A DNA stretch of 64,000 nucleotides from an uncultured Thermodesulfobacteriota bacterium (GTDB lineage: Bacteria; Desulfobacterota; WTBG01; CAIYCZ01; CAIRTM01), in the NCBI GenBank assembly GCA_964566035.1, contig CAZMHH010000001.1, positions 21,130 to 85,129 on the forward strand. Direction: 5' to 3'. How positions within the stretch are numbered: the stretch's first letter is position 1; each line of letters begins with the position of its first letter. The position numbers were made by a program, and so were the translations under genes. Of this stretch, positions 48,512 to 58,876 are shown in pieces. Below the pieces are notes generated by a model that saw only the letters and a list, made by a program, of their open reading frames with translations, was not told the DNA's origin and searched no databases.

Positions 48512-51158
48512 CCGCTGTTATCTCAGCGGCTCCCTTGTTTGAAGATATATCAAAACATACTTTTGAACAATTATATTTTTCAGTAATGATTGAAAAATTT
48601 TCTTTAATAAATTCACTGAACATATTAAGTTTGGCTTCCTTGTATTTTTTGTTAACTGCTTTATTGATAAAGTTATATTTTTCAAGCATTTGTTCAATGG
48701 TGTCTAATTGTTTGTCAGGGTTTGATATTATAAAACTCTGAACAGTCATGCTCTCGGTTGCCTTCTTGCCGCTTCCGTCAAAAAGATTGTCCATAAGATC
48801 ATTGAGATCATTCTGGACCTTTTTCTGGGATTTGAATGTCTTTATTAAATCATGTGGTATTACCCTTATAAGTTCACCCAGAGTTGTATCATTTAGTTTC
48901 ATCAGTCCATCTTCAAGCATTGATTTCATGCCTGATTCAATGGCAATCTTCTTTATCTCTGACTCAGAAGACCTTTCGCTTATTGCAGCGGAAATCTCCT
49001 TGTCAATAACAAATATCTCTGAAATAAGGGTTCTTCCCTTATAACCCGTAAAATTGCATGACTCGCAACCCGCACCCTGAAAGAAATTAAGGTGTGATGG
49101 ATAAGAGTCAAAAATAACACGCCATTCGTCCTCTGAAGGAATATATTCCTTCTTGCAGAATGGGCATATTTTTCTAAGTAACCTTTGCGCAACCACTGCA
49201 AGCAGACAAGATGCAATCTGCGCATGGTCGATTTCAAGGTCAAGAAGACGGGATACAGCGCTTATTGAATCATTTGTATGAATGGTGCTGAGCAGAAGGT
49301 GCCCGGTTTGCGCTGCATCAAAACCTATCTGGGCTGTTTCAGAATCCCGCATTTCACCAACAAGAATAATGTCAGGATCACTTCGCAGGAATGACCTCAG
49401 AAGACGGGGAAAGGTTATACCAATTTTTGGCTGTATCTGAGTCTGCATAATACCCGGAAAACTGTATTCAATTGGATCTTCCGCGGTAATAATTTTAACC
49501 CCGGGACTATAAACATGAAGCAGGGCTCCGTAGAGTGTTGATGATTTTCCGCTTCCTGTAGGCCCCGACACAAGAACCATTCCTGCTGAACTCTTAAGCA
49601 GACGCTTCATGGGATCGAGAACATGAGGTGAATGCTGAAGGTTTTCAAGACCTACGTTTGCTTTTCTTGAATCAAGTATTCTTATTGTTACATTTTCTCC
49701 GACAATAGCCCTGCAGGTAGCAACACGAAAGTCAATATCAAACTTGTCTTTTTTTGCAGTATCATAAAAGTTGATCCTGAACACTCCGTCCTGAGGAAGC
49801 CTTTTTTCGGCAATATCTAAATTCGACATGACTTTGATTCGAGATATAATTGCCCCTGCCTTCTCTTTTATCCGTCTTCTAAGCCAGTCTATTTTTGTCT
49901 CCTCAAGAACACCATCTATTCTGAAACGAAGTTTGGGACCTTTTCTATCCTGCTCGATATGGATATCGCTTGCGTTGTGAACAATTCCATATTTTATGAT
50001 ATAATTGACAACCTCTTCCGCTTCCATGTCCTGATAACCCCTGGCATAGGGCTTGTCATCATCATCAGCAAGGGTCTCGTCAAATTCAAAATCCATAAAA
50101 TTTACATCCATCGTCTCTTCTGTATCATCAACTTCTGATTCATCAAGTTTAATCTTTTTGCTGTAAAGCAGCTCAAAGAGTTCATCAAATTTCTCCTCTG
50201 TTATAAAACAGCATGAGATACTGAGATTGGGATAGAGGCTGCGAAGTTCATCAATAAAATTGTGCTTTATTGGTCTGCATATTGCGACTTGAAGCTCTTT
50301 ATTCATTAAGGAAACAGGCAGAACAAGGTTTTTTTCTGCATATTTCTGTTTTATTACGTTGACAAGTTCATTTTTTTCGGAAGGGTTGTAGGAAAAATCG
50401 TTTAAAGGCATATAAGGTAAATTATACCTTTTTGAATAGGCAATCTGGAGTTGTTCTGAAGTGATAAACTTTTTACGGAGCATTATTTTTTCAAGAGACT
50501 CAGATGTCCCCGCCTGCTCACGTTTTGCCTCATTAACTATTGAATCACTTATAAATCCAAGCCTGAGCAAAATATCTGATATTTCACCCTGTTTATTATA
50601 TTTTTCAAGAACATAGTTAAGATCATAAATACTGACAACATTCATTTCACAGAGAATTTCCCCTAACGTCCTTGTAATCTTCTGCCGGCGAAGAGCGTTC
50701 TGGAGATCGTTTTCTGTTATTAGTTTAAGGTCAACAAGCACATGTCCAATCTTAGGGGACGATATCTGCTCTTTTAAAAGGTTGCCAAGATCATCATTGC
50801 TGAGCATCCCAAGCTTTACTAAAACCTCCCCTATCATCTGTCCCGGAAGTTTCTTATTCAATGCCTCTGCAAGTTCATCTTTGGTAATATAGCCCTTTTC
50901 AATGGCAAGGGATCCAATATTTTTACGTAAATTTGGATGATTTAGAGCTTCTTCAAGGTCATCTTCAGAGATATAACCTAACTTAACAAGAAGTTTACCA
51001 AGAGGCAGTTTTGCTGATTTTTTTTCTTCTTCCTGCTGTTTGAGAGCTTTTTCAATATCCTTCACCTTGGCATAACCTTCTGATACAAGAAGATCTCCTA
51101 TTTTAAGCGGAGATACTGCTGTTTTGCTAACATTTTTATTTAACACAACGCTTCCCAC
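48498..51158 (-). CDS. GspE/PilB-family secretion ATPase homolog with about eight tandem MshEN-type 24-aa motifs at the N-terminus and a about 170-aa C-terminal extension
   Basis: Walker A GPTGSGKSS, Walker B DIILVGEMRD, His box, and a tetracysteine Zn site CPFC…CESC. The N-terminus has repeated [LI]Gx[LI]LVxxGYI[ST]xx[DQ]LxxAL motifs. Confidence 0.75.
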   Translation of the reverse strand: MGSVVLNKNVSKTAVSPLKIGDLLVSEGYAKVKDIEKALKQQEEEKKSAKLPLGKLLVKLGYISEDDLEEALNHPNLRKNIGSLAIEKGYITKDELAEALNKKLPGQMIGEVLVKLGMLSNDDLGNLLKEQISSPKIGHVLVDLKLITENDLQNALRRQKITRTLGEILCEMNVVSIYDLNYVLEKYNKQGEISDILLRLGFISDSIVNEAKREQAGTSESLEKIMLRKKFITSEQLQIAYSKRYNLPYMPLNDFSYNPSEKNELVNVIKQKYAEKNLVLPVSLMNKELQVAICRPIKHNFIDELRSLYPNLSISCCFITEEKFDELFELLYSKKIKLDESEVDDTEETMDVNFMDFEFDETLADDDDKPYARGYQDMEAEEVVNYIIKYGIVHNASDIHIEQDRKGPKLRFRIDGVLEETKIDWLRRRIKEKAGAIISRIKVMSNLDIAEKRLPQDGVFRINFYDTAKKDKFDIDFRVATCRAIVGENVTIRILDSRKANVGLENLQHSPHVLDPMKRLLKSSAGMVLVSGPTGSGKSSTLYGALLHVYSPGVKIITAEDPIEYSFPGIMQTQIQPKIGITFPRLLRSFLRSDPDIILVGEMRDSETAQIGFDAAQTGHLLLSTIHTNDSISAVSRLLDLEIDHAQIASCLLAVVAQRLLRKICPFCKKEYIPSEDEWRVIFDSYPSHLNFFQGAGCESCNFTGYKGRTLISEIFVIDKEISAAISERSSESEIKKIAIESGMKSMLEDGLMKLNDTTLGELIRVIPHDLIKTFKSQKKVQNDLNDLMDNLFDGSGKKATESMTVQSFIISNPDKQLDTIEQMLEKYNFINKAVNKKYKEAKLNMFSEFIKENFSIITEKYNCSKVCFDISSNKGAAEITAVGDN

Positions 51159-51587
51159 TTCAGTTATCCTTTTATGTAGGTTGAAAAATGTTAAAACACT
51201 GAAAAAAATAAAACCCTGTTCATACAGAAAAAATCTTCTGATTATTCCTTGTTTTTTGCTGTATGTTTTTTATTTTGCTCTCTTTATTTATCTCTGTTAT
51301 CGGACTATTTTATAATTATTTTAGTTTTTTATAAAAAATAACATGTTTTAATTATGATATCAATACAAAATCATCAAGATTTAATCAATCTTGATGGACC
51401 GGTAAAAAGTCCCCCGCTGTCAACTCGAAAGCAGCAAGAGGTCTCATAAAAGATTGAAATAAAGGGATTTATCAATTCATTTGAAATGACAAAAAAGGTG
51501 GATTTCATTGCTTTTTGCGTATCAATAAACTTTATAACTAATAAAAGCAGACCGGGGTTACAACATCAAACACTTAAATGATATTTT

Positions 51588-52139
51588 TTATCCAAGTCTG
51601 TATTTTTTGCTGCCTTCCTCATAAAGATCCCCTCCATATATATCATTTACAACAAAAGCGTGGAATCCTTCAACTGTAATCCTCCTTAAAGCTTCAGCTC
51701 CAAGTTCCTGATATGCAATAACCTCTGACTCTTTTATTGTTTTTGAAATAAGCGCACCCGCACCTCCTACAGCTGCAAAATAGACTGACTTATACTCTAT
51801 CATAGCCTCTTTTACCTGTATTGAACGAGCCCCTTTTCCTATCATGCCTCTCAAACCTTCTGCAATAAGGCGTGGGGTATATACATCCATCCTTCCACTT
51901 GTAGTGGGGCCTGCAGAACCTATTACACTACCCGGGGGTGCGGGTGTCGGTCCCATATAATAAATTGTCTGATCCTTCAAATCAAAAGGAAGACTTTCTC
52001 CTCTTTCAAGGGCTTCAATAAAGCGTTTGTGAGCCGCATCTCTTGCCACATAGAGTATTCCGTTTAAAACAACCTCATCCCCAGTTCTAAGGCTTTCAAC
52101 TGTTTTAATATCAAGGGGAAGATTTATGGAAAGTTTCAT
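51588..52139 (-). CDS. Fe-S hydro-lyase beta subunit (class I fumarate hydratase / tartrate dehydratase beta)
   Basis: Fumerase_C domain. Confidence 0.8.
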   Translation of the reverse strand: MKLSINLPLDIKTVESLRTGDEVVLNGILYVARDAAHKRFIEALERGESLPFDLKDQTIYYMGPTPAPPGSVIGSAGPTTSGRMDVYTPRLIAEGLRGMIGKGARSIQVKEAMIEYKSVYFAAVGGAGALISKTIKESEVIAYQELGAEALRRITVEGFHAFVVNDIYGGDLYEEGSKKYRLG

Positions 52140-52201
52140 TTTTTTACCCTTTTGTTATACACCCGTTAAATATTTATTTTTATAACAATCTTTTTTACTT
52201 A

Positions 52202-53047
52202 TCAGATTATTGCCTCTTTATGTCTTGCACTATGGCACTGAATATTGACCGCAACAGGCAGGCTTGCAATATGGCAGGGGAAAGTCTTAACATGCACAGC
52301 AAAAGCTGTAACCCTACCTCCAAATCCTTGCGGGCCTATTCCAAGGGCATTTATTCTTTTAAGCAACTCCCTTTCAAGTTCGGCATTAGCGGGATCATCG
52401 CTTGGTTTTCCAGTCTCTCTCAAAAGAGCCTCTTTTGCTATAAGCATTGATTTCTCTGCTGTTCCGCCTATGCCAACTCCTATGATCAGCGGTGGACAGG
52501 GATTACCTCCAGCCTCACGAACTGTTTCCACAACAAAATCTATTATTCCTGATCTTCCATCAGATGGTTTTAGAACCTTAAATCTGCTCATATTCTCACT
52601 TCCCCCGCCTTTTGGAACAACAGTTATCTTAAGATTGCTGCCTGAAACTATTTTTGAGTGTATAATGGGAGGGGTGTTGTCATTTGTGTTTTTTCTTTCA
52701 GAAAAAGGCTTATCTACAATTGATTTTCTTAGGTATCCACCGGCATAGCCCTTGCTGACTCCCTGGGCAAGGGCTTCATATAGATTTCCCCCTATGATAT
52801 TAACATCCTGCCCAAACTCAATAAATATAACTGTTGCTCCGCAGTCCTGACAGAGAGGTATTTTTTCCTGCTCGGCAATTGAAGCATTTTCAAGAAGCAT
52901 CTCAAGAACCTGTCTGCCAGACTCTGATTGCTCAGTCCTGATAGCTTTTTTTATTGCGGACTTAACATCATCTCCTAAAAAAACAGCTGCTTCCATACAT
53001 AGGCGGGCAACAGTTGATATTATCTCTTCTGCCTTTATATCTTTCAT
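52202..53047 (-). CDS. Fe-S hydro-lyase alpha subunit (class I fumarate hydratase / tartrate dehydratase alpha)
   Basis: Fumerase N-terminal domain with Cys ligands (CQDCG…C). Confidence 0.8.
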   Translation of the reverse strand: MKDIKAEEIISTVARLCMEAAVFLGDDVKSAIKKAIRTEQSESGRQVLEMLLENASIAEQEKIPLCQDCGATVIFIEFGQDVNIIGGNLYEALAQGVSKGYAGGYLRKSIVDKPFSERKNTNDNTPPIIHSKIVSGSNLKITVVPKGGGSENMSRFKVLKPSDGRSGIIDFVVETVREAGGNPCPPLIIGVGIGGTAEKSMLIAKEALLRETGKPSDDPANAELERELLKRINALGIGPQGFGGRVTAFAVHVKTFPCHIASLPVAVNIQCHSARHKEAII

Positions 53048-53181
53048 AGCATAACCCCATGTTAGTTATATAACTCTATTAAATTGATTATTATCAATTT
53101 TGTCAATCATTTTAAACAAAAAAGCCCCTCAATCATTTAGACAGAGGGGCTTTTTTTACAATACGAAATACATTATAAAGT

Positions 53182-54708
53182 CTATTGAAGAGGGAAAGCA
53201 ACTCCAGGAGCCATAAACCCTTTAGGATCAACAACCTGTTTTATAACCTTTGCCATTGCAAAATGGTCGGGGCATTCAGTCCATGTCCTTCCATCTCTTC
53301 CAACACCAAGAGGGGCCATTCCGTAATCTTCATTCATCTTCTGGAATCTTGCCTTTACCTCACCAACCATGGGAAGGAACTGGCGGCTTGCAAAATCAAG
53401 CACAAATATAACCTCACCTGCCGCATTACAGTGACCGCCCATTGAAAGATAGGTCTGTCCGCAGCTTGCATAAAGTCTTACTATTGGATGCGGGTGGTTT
53501 AGAAATTCAGGATTTTTCCTGCACACATCCTGATAAGCCTCCATTCCATTTTTCATGAAAAGTTCCAGTTTTTCCATTGTGTCAAAAACACCGCCTGATA
53601 CAAATATACCGCCAGAGTCATGTTTGCCATTGAATGTGCCGCATATTTTAGGACTGTTACACTGCTGCCAGCCCGCTGCATTTGCCTCATGGCCATCGAG
53701 TATTGCAACCATCCATTCAGGCATTGGAACACCTCCATATTTTTGAAGCAGCTTTATGCAGGCTTTTCTCTCATACTCAACCTTGTTTTTTGTGCCTCTG
53801 AAAGACATACCGATAAGGTTTATATCCTGAGTAGCTTTTACAAAGTCTGCACCTTCCTGCCAGTGCTGGCTGGAATAAAGTGCATGGGTCCAGCATCCTG
53901 GCCCCATAACAGTAGCTCCGCATGCATATTCGCTTTTAATAACAGCATTCATTGCTTCACATGCTTCTCTTAAGGTTTTAAAAGTAACCCAGAGTGAACC
54001 AACCTCAGGAGGGGTGGCAAAGAACCTGAACTCCATCTCTGTTACAATTCCATAGCCGGCATTTGCAAAGAAAGGAAGATATGTCATAGAGGGACCAGGG
54101 CCATGAGACCAGCCTGGAGAGTCGGGATTCAACATAGACCCTGTTCTTACAGTTTCACCACTTGGCAGCACCATCTCCATTCCTGTAACAGAATTTATAC
54201 CCATTCCGTCAAGGTAACCAGCCATCTTGTTCTGCCCTGTAAAAACCTGATAGGGAACAAATAGAGAAGTACCGGGGCTTCCTCCAAAGTAAGGTCTGTA
54301 ACCAAAATCCATATCGCGTATCAACTGGCTTACCTGCAAACCTGTAGCTCCCGGCTGAGCCTTTACTACCATTCGCTCTTTATCAACTGTAACCTTCTGC
54401 ATTCTGTGAAAATCAAATGTTATACCCACATTTGGTTTTCCGGGAATAGATCCGATAAGAAGAACCGTTCCACCACCTATTGCATAAAGAGGTATCTTAT
54501 TGCTTTCTGCAATTTTAACTATAGCCTGAACATCTTTAGTCGATCCCGGCATTACAACGACAAGGGGGTGGTTTTCAGGATACAGCGCTCCCTGCCCAAA
54601 ATGAGTAAGAACATCTGAACCATAATAATAACCAGTCAGATCATCTGTTCTAACCCAGTCCGCACCGACAATTTTTTTTAGCCTTTTGATTAAATCATCT
54701 TTCTTCAT
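53182..54708 (-). CDS. FAD-linked oxidase (FAD_binding_4, GlcD/D-lactate dehydrogenase-like)
   Basis: FAD_binding_4 motifs (GGGT). Start and stop are coupled to the Fe-S gene. Confidence 0.7.
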   Translation of the reverse strand: MKKDDLIKRLKKIVGADWVRTDDLTGYYYGSDVLTHFGQGALYPENHPLVVVMPGSTKDVQAIVKIAESNKIPLYAIGGGTVLLIGSIPGKPNVGITFDFHRMQKVTVDKERMVVKAQPGATGLQVSQLIRDMDFGYRPYFGGSPGTSLFVPYQVFTGQNKMAGYLDGMGINSVTGMEMVLPSGETVRTGSMLNPDSPGWSHGPGPSMTYLPFFANAGYGIVTEMEFRFFATPPEVGSLWVTFKTLREACEAMNAVIKSEYACGATVMGPGCWTHALYSSQHWQEGADFVKATQDINLIGMSFRGTKNKVEYERKACIKLLQKYGGVPMPEWMVAILDGHEANAAGWQQCNSPKICGTFNGKHDSGGIFVSGGVFDTMEKLELFMKNGMEAYQDVCRKNPEFLNHPHPIVRLYASCGQTYLSMGGHCNAAGEVIFVLDFASRQFLPMVGEVKARFQKMNEDYGMAPLGVGRDGRTWTECPDHFAMAKVIKQVVDPKGFMAPGVAFPLQ

Positions 54709-55862
54709 TATCGACCCTCCTTTCCTGTATAACCAAGAGCCTGTGCTGCAAGGGTGGTTATATCCACAACCTTAAAATCTTTTGGTTTGCTTCCCTGCAT
54801 GTTGGCATAACAGAAAGGACAGGCTGTGAGCATAATTTTTGCTCCTGTGGCTTTTGCCTCGTGCCAGCGATTTGCTGCATATTTCTTCGCAAGAGATGGA
54901 TTGTTTGCAAGCACACCGCCCCCTGCTCCGCAGCAAAGAGAATTGTTGCCGGTACGCCACATTTCCTTGAACTCCAAACCAAGAAGTTTTATTACTTCTC
55001 TTGGCGCTGCATATTCCTTCGCATAACGTCCTAAATGGCAGGGATCCTGATATGTAACTGAAGGCAGTTTTAGTTTCTTGGCCTTTTTCTTCTTAAGCGT
55101 GTCTCTGTAAAGATTTGTTATTGAAACAAAATCAGCACCGCTTCTTGTAAATCTCTTTAATACCGAAAGACTTTCTGGGTTGTAAACATATACAGTTTTT
55201 ATACCGCATTCCTCAATTTTTTCATCAATGATACCCATGGCATCCTGCAGTTCTTCTTCGAATCCTGCATTGATAAGAGCAGAACTTACCGGGGGAAGAG
55301 GATTACGGCAAAAGCAGCCGACTTTTTTGCCTGACTGTTTAATGATAAAACCAATTTCTTTCAGTTTTGCTGAATTTGAAAAAACTGTATTATCTGCAAA
55401 GAACAGAATGTCTGACTTACCACCATCACTGAGATCAATAATACCATGTTCCTTTAGCAAATTCAGCTTTTGAGATTTTGGAACTTTAAGAGTATCAGCT
55501 GCAGATTTAATACCTTTAGGTTTAAATTTATCAGGAACGGAACATCTCAACTCCTCAATTATTGATATTGCAGGAGTATGACGATAGCCTCTCTGACACA
55601 GATCTTCACAGTAACCGCAGAGAGTGCAGGAGTAAAGCACTTTTGCAAGGTCTTCATTCCATTTCAGATCACCCATAGCAATACCCCTTGCAAGATACAT
55701 CAACCCTGCAGGTTCATAAGCACCGAAAAATGTCATACCGCAAGGACACTGGGTTGAAAATGATATATCTGGAACCTCGTCCTGTGAAACACCGCGGCAT
55801 GTTCCGCATCGGTTACAATGCAGCGCTTTTTCCAGAAGTATTTCTTTATTCAAAGCAGTCAC
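54708..55862 (-). CDS. (Fe-S)-binding protein with 2x[4Fe-4S] and CCG domains (GlcF/HdrD-like)
   Basis: CNRCGTCR…, CTLCGYCEDLC, and C-terminal Cys-rich CCG repeats. Confidence 0.75.
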   Translation of the reverse strand: MTALNKEILLEKALHCNRCGTCRGVSQDEVPDISFSTQCPCGMTFFGAYEPAGLMYLARGIAMGDLKWNEDLAKVLYSCTLCGYCEDLCQRGYRHTPAISIIEELRCSVPDKFKPKGIKSAADTLKVPKSQKLNLLKEHGIIDLSDGGKSDILFFADNTVFSNSAKLKEIGFIIKQSGKKVGCFCRNPLPPVSSALINAGFEEELQDAMGIIDEKIEECGIKTVYVYNPESLSVLKRFTRSGADFVSITNLYRDTLKKKKAKKLKLPSVTYQDPCHLGRYAKEYAAPREVIKLLGLEFKEMWRTGNNSLCCGAGGGVLANNPSLAKKYAANRWHEAKATGAKIMLTACPFCYANMQGSKPKDFKVVDITTLAAQALGYTGKEGR

Positions 55863-55868
55863 CTCCTT

Positions 55869-57146
55869 CTAAAGCCCCAGTTTTCCTGGGTTCATAATGT
55901 TTTTTGGATCAATTGCTTTTTTCAAAGCACGCACTAGTTTAAAATTATCAGGATATTTTTTTGCAACCATGGGCGCAATCAGCACAGATGGTCTTGGAAA
56001 AACAACCCCTGTTTTTAAGAGTTCGGAACAGATAGATACATATTTTTTCCTTGATTCTTGTATTTCCAAATCCCTGTAGCGAAGATCCGGTTGGTAGTAA
56101 AAACAGCCTCCAGCCTGAAGAGGAAGGAGTATCGAGCCCGAATTTCTGGGAAAAAGCTTTACTGTATCCTGAATCTGTTTTGCCGTTGCAACCATAACAA
56201 ACGGAGCCCAGCCTTTTGCACTGTTATGAATAGATGCTCCGGTTGGTGACTTAATTTGTGAAATAATATTAGAGGCAGCATCCTTTGCTCCCTTTATGCC
56301 GGAGAGAAATTTTCCGCCAAGCTGCTTTGCAATGGCAGCCATGTCTTTTGCTTTGTATGCTATTTCACCTGTATCAGCACCTCTGTTTACTATAACAACT
56401 GTCCATGCAGGCATATCTGCTGTAGGCTTTTCACCAATAAGCTCTGCAAAATAGGTTTTATTAACAGCAAACAACTCATGGGGCTCTTCCGTAAACATAA
56501 AAGCCTTCAATGCTTTTGTTGCAGCATTGATGTTAACACAGGGGAAGAACATTACCTCTTTCTTTGGCATGTCAGTTTTTAAACTCACAGCAGCCTTTGT
56601 TATTATTCCAAGTGAACCTTGAGCCATGCAGAAAAGCCTTGCAACCATCGCAAAGGATACTCCCCAGGAATATTTATCAGGTCTGTCCTGTGACATTGCC
56701 ATCTGTCCGGTTGCAAACCGATTGCCGTCTGCTCTGTAGCCTTCCATTGTCAGCATTTCCCATGGATGATATTTGGGCCAGACATAAAGAGGCATCATTT
56801 CAAGATAAGTTGATAAAACTGAAGCGGTCTTTGGAACATCAACAGCAGTCAGTGGTCTAAGACCGTCTTTTTGACAATATTTATCAAGCTCTTCAAAAGT
56901 AACTCCCGGCTCCACAACTGCATTCCTGTTAAGTCTGTCATAGTAAATGCCTTTTAACCCTGAAAGGTCAACTGAGAGCGCATTTTTAACTGAAGGAAGG
57001 TGCGTATCCTGAAGGTTTGTGCCCGAACTTACCGGAACAAGAGGTGTTTTATTCTTGTTTGCTTTATTGATAATTTCCTGAACATCCTCTGCACTTTCAG
57101 GTTTAACTGTTTTTTCTATTTCATAATCCGAAAAAAAAGTGCTCAT
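55869..57146 (-). CDS. FAD-linked oxidase (FAD_binding_4 plus FAD-oxidase_C, GlcE-like)
   Basis: FAD_binding_4 N-terminal domain, and C-terminal …ALKKAIDPKNIMNPGKL. Confidence 0.65.
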   Translation of the reverse strand: MSTFFSDYEIEKTVKPESAEDVQEIINKANKNKTPLVPVSSGTNLQDTHLPSVKNALSVDLSGLKGIYYDRLNRNAVVEPGVTFEELDKYCQKDGLRPLTAVDVPKTASVLSTYLEMMPLYVWPKYHPWEMLTMEGYRADGNRFATGQMAMSQDRPDKYSWGVSFAMVARLFCMAQGSLGIITKAAVSLKTDMPKKEVMFFPCVNINAATKALKAFMFTEEPHELFAVNKTYFAELIGEKPTADMPAWTVVIVNRGADTGEIAYKAKDMAAIAKQLGGKFLSGIKGAKDAASNIISQIKSPTGASIHNSAKGWAPFVMVATAKQIQDTVKLFPRNSGSILLPLQAGGCFYYQPDLRYRDLEIQESRKKYVSICSELLKTGVVFPRPSVLIAPMVAKKYPDNFKLVRALKKAIDPKNIMNPGKLGL

Positions 57147-57572
57147 CTATTTACCACCTCCTTTCATGCATTCCTGCAGCATAATCATAAAACTTACAAC
57201 AAGAGCACCATTGTGGTGATCTGCCTGAGCTTTAATATTTTTCTGGTCATTGTTCATGGCAACAAGCACAGGCGGATAATCTTTTTTCTTTGACAAAAAG
57301 ATTTCCTTAAACTTCTTTTCATCGAGATTCCAGGACAAAAAAGGCGACTTGGACTTTTTCCTTTCAACACTTATTCTATCACCATTCCAGTTGACAACTA
57401 CTGGCTGTGGTAATCCTTTAATATTGAAGGAAAGAAGATCACCTTTCTTTGTCGCAGGGTATCCCTTGGGATTCAGTCTTTGCAGCCTCGAGTTCAGGGC
57501 TTGGTCGTTCTGCATTGATGTTTCCCACTTGCTTAAAGCATCATTCATAACAAACCCCCGTAAATAAATCAA
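57147..57572 (-). CDS. Hypothetical small protein (possible SCP2-like lipid-binding fold)
   Basis: No strong motif. Sits in the operon between the amidohydrolase and the FAD oxidase. Confidence 0.3.
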   Translation of the reverse strand: MIYLRGFVMNDALSKWETSMQNDQALNSRLQRLNPKGYPATKKGDLLSFNIKGLPQPVVVNWNGDRISVERKKSKSPFLSWNLDEKKFKEIFLSKKKDYPPVLVAMNNDQKNIKAQADHHNGALVVSFMIMLQECMKGGGK

Positions 57573-57732
57573 TAAAAATTAATAAGAACCTGTATATATT
57601 GAAAAGGAGTGTTTATCAGATTAGAAGCATAGACAAACACCCCTTTTTAAAATAATCTATTTTTTTAAGTAACTATAAAGCATTGCAGATGAATTGAAGA
57701 TAAACATCATAGCTTTAACTCTACCACAATAA

Positions 57733-58764
57733 TTAAACTACAACACCCTGATTCGGGGCAGAGGAAATACTCTCCCAGTTTACAAACTTTCTGAAGTTAT
57801 CACCCATCAGCTTATGCTTAAATTCCATTGTAAGTGGCATAGTCATAATATTGTCAATCATAGACCTGTAAACAGGAAGTGTCAATGGAAAGTCTGTCCC
57901 GTAGAAAACCTTGTCAGGCATAAAAAACTCCAAGAACCTCATATGATCCAGATCCCAGTAATATTTAAAATGCATTAGCGTTGGATGAGGAATTGTTATA
58001 TCAGTATACATATTATCAAATTTCATAACATTCCACAACCCCTGCATGGGGTTGTTGAAAACACCGCAATGGAGTTGGAGAATTTTAAGATTTGGAAAAT
58101 CCATCCCCACATCATCAAGATACATTGGATCCTGGTACTTTGCTCTTGTTCCCGGAAGTTCTTCAACACCTGTGTGGACCTGAAGATGCATGCCAAGCTC
58201 AACCATCTTTTCATAGGCAGGATAAAGATCAGGATTATTGGGATAACCTGCCGTAGGAGTATGAAACTTACAGCCAGGGAACCCATTTTCATGAGCAGAT
58301 ATTACCATTTCAACTGCAGCCTGTTTTCCATATCTTGCATGAACACCGCCTACAGCGGTAAAACGCCCCGGAAAAGCATCGATAAATTCCTTCTTAACAT
58401 ATTCATTTGGAACATACCATTTCCAGCCGTCAGGGTTTCCGGGATACGGGTCTGTAATACCATGAATAGCCTGAAGACACATACCCTCAACATTACAGTC
58501 ATCCATGTATTTGATAAATACCTCCGGTGTCATGTTTGGACATTCTTCAGCTGATGTAATAATTTTTGTGGGATTTGGATCTCCGAGGAAGACCCTTGCC
58601 CCCATCATGCTTCGCGCCACAACACTGTTGCCGCACCAGAAATCAATACAACCCGGCCTATCCTTAATACCTTTCTTTTCGAGACCCGGATGACCATGAC
58701 TGTCAAAAAACTTAAAAGGCTTTTGCATAAGCATTTTTTCAATAGTTCCCTGCTCTTCACTCAT
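57733..58764 (-). CDS. Amidohydrolase-2 family TIM-barrel metal-dependent hydrolase/decarboxylase
   Basis: FFDSHGHPG N-terminal His pair, plus later His/Asp ligands. Confidence 0.6.
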   Translation of the reverse strand: MSEEQGTIEKMLMQKPFKFFDSHGHPGLEKKGIKDRPGCIDFWCGNSVVARSMMGARVFLGDPNPTKIITSAEECPNMTPEVFIKYMDDCNVEGMCLQAIHGITDPYPGNPDGWKWYVPNEYVKKEFIDAFPGRFTAVGGVHARYGKQAAVEMVISAHENGFPGCKFHTPTAGYPNNPDLYPAYEKMVELGMHLQVHTGVEELPGTRAKYQDPMYLDDVGMDFPNLKILQLHCGVFNNPMQGLWNVMKFDNMYTDITIPHPTLMHFKYYWDLDHMRFLEFFMPDKVFYGTDFPLTLPVYRSMIDNIMTMPLTMEFKHKLMGDNFRKFVNWESISSAPNQGVVV

Positions 58765-58876
58765 ATCTTTCTCCTTTCCATTATAATCAAGTTATTTAAA
58801 AATTTGATCAGGCTTCATAAAAAAGGCCTTTTTTCTTAAATGTTATCTCTATTTTTACCGCCAGTTACTTCTACAT

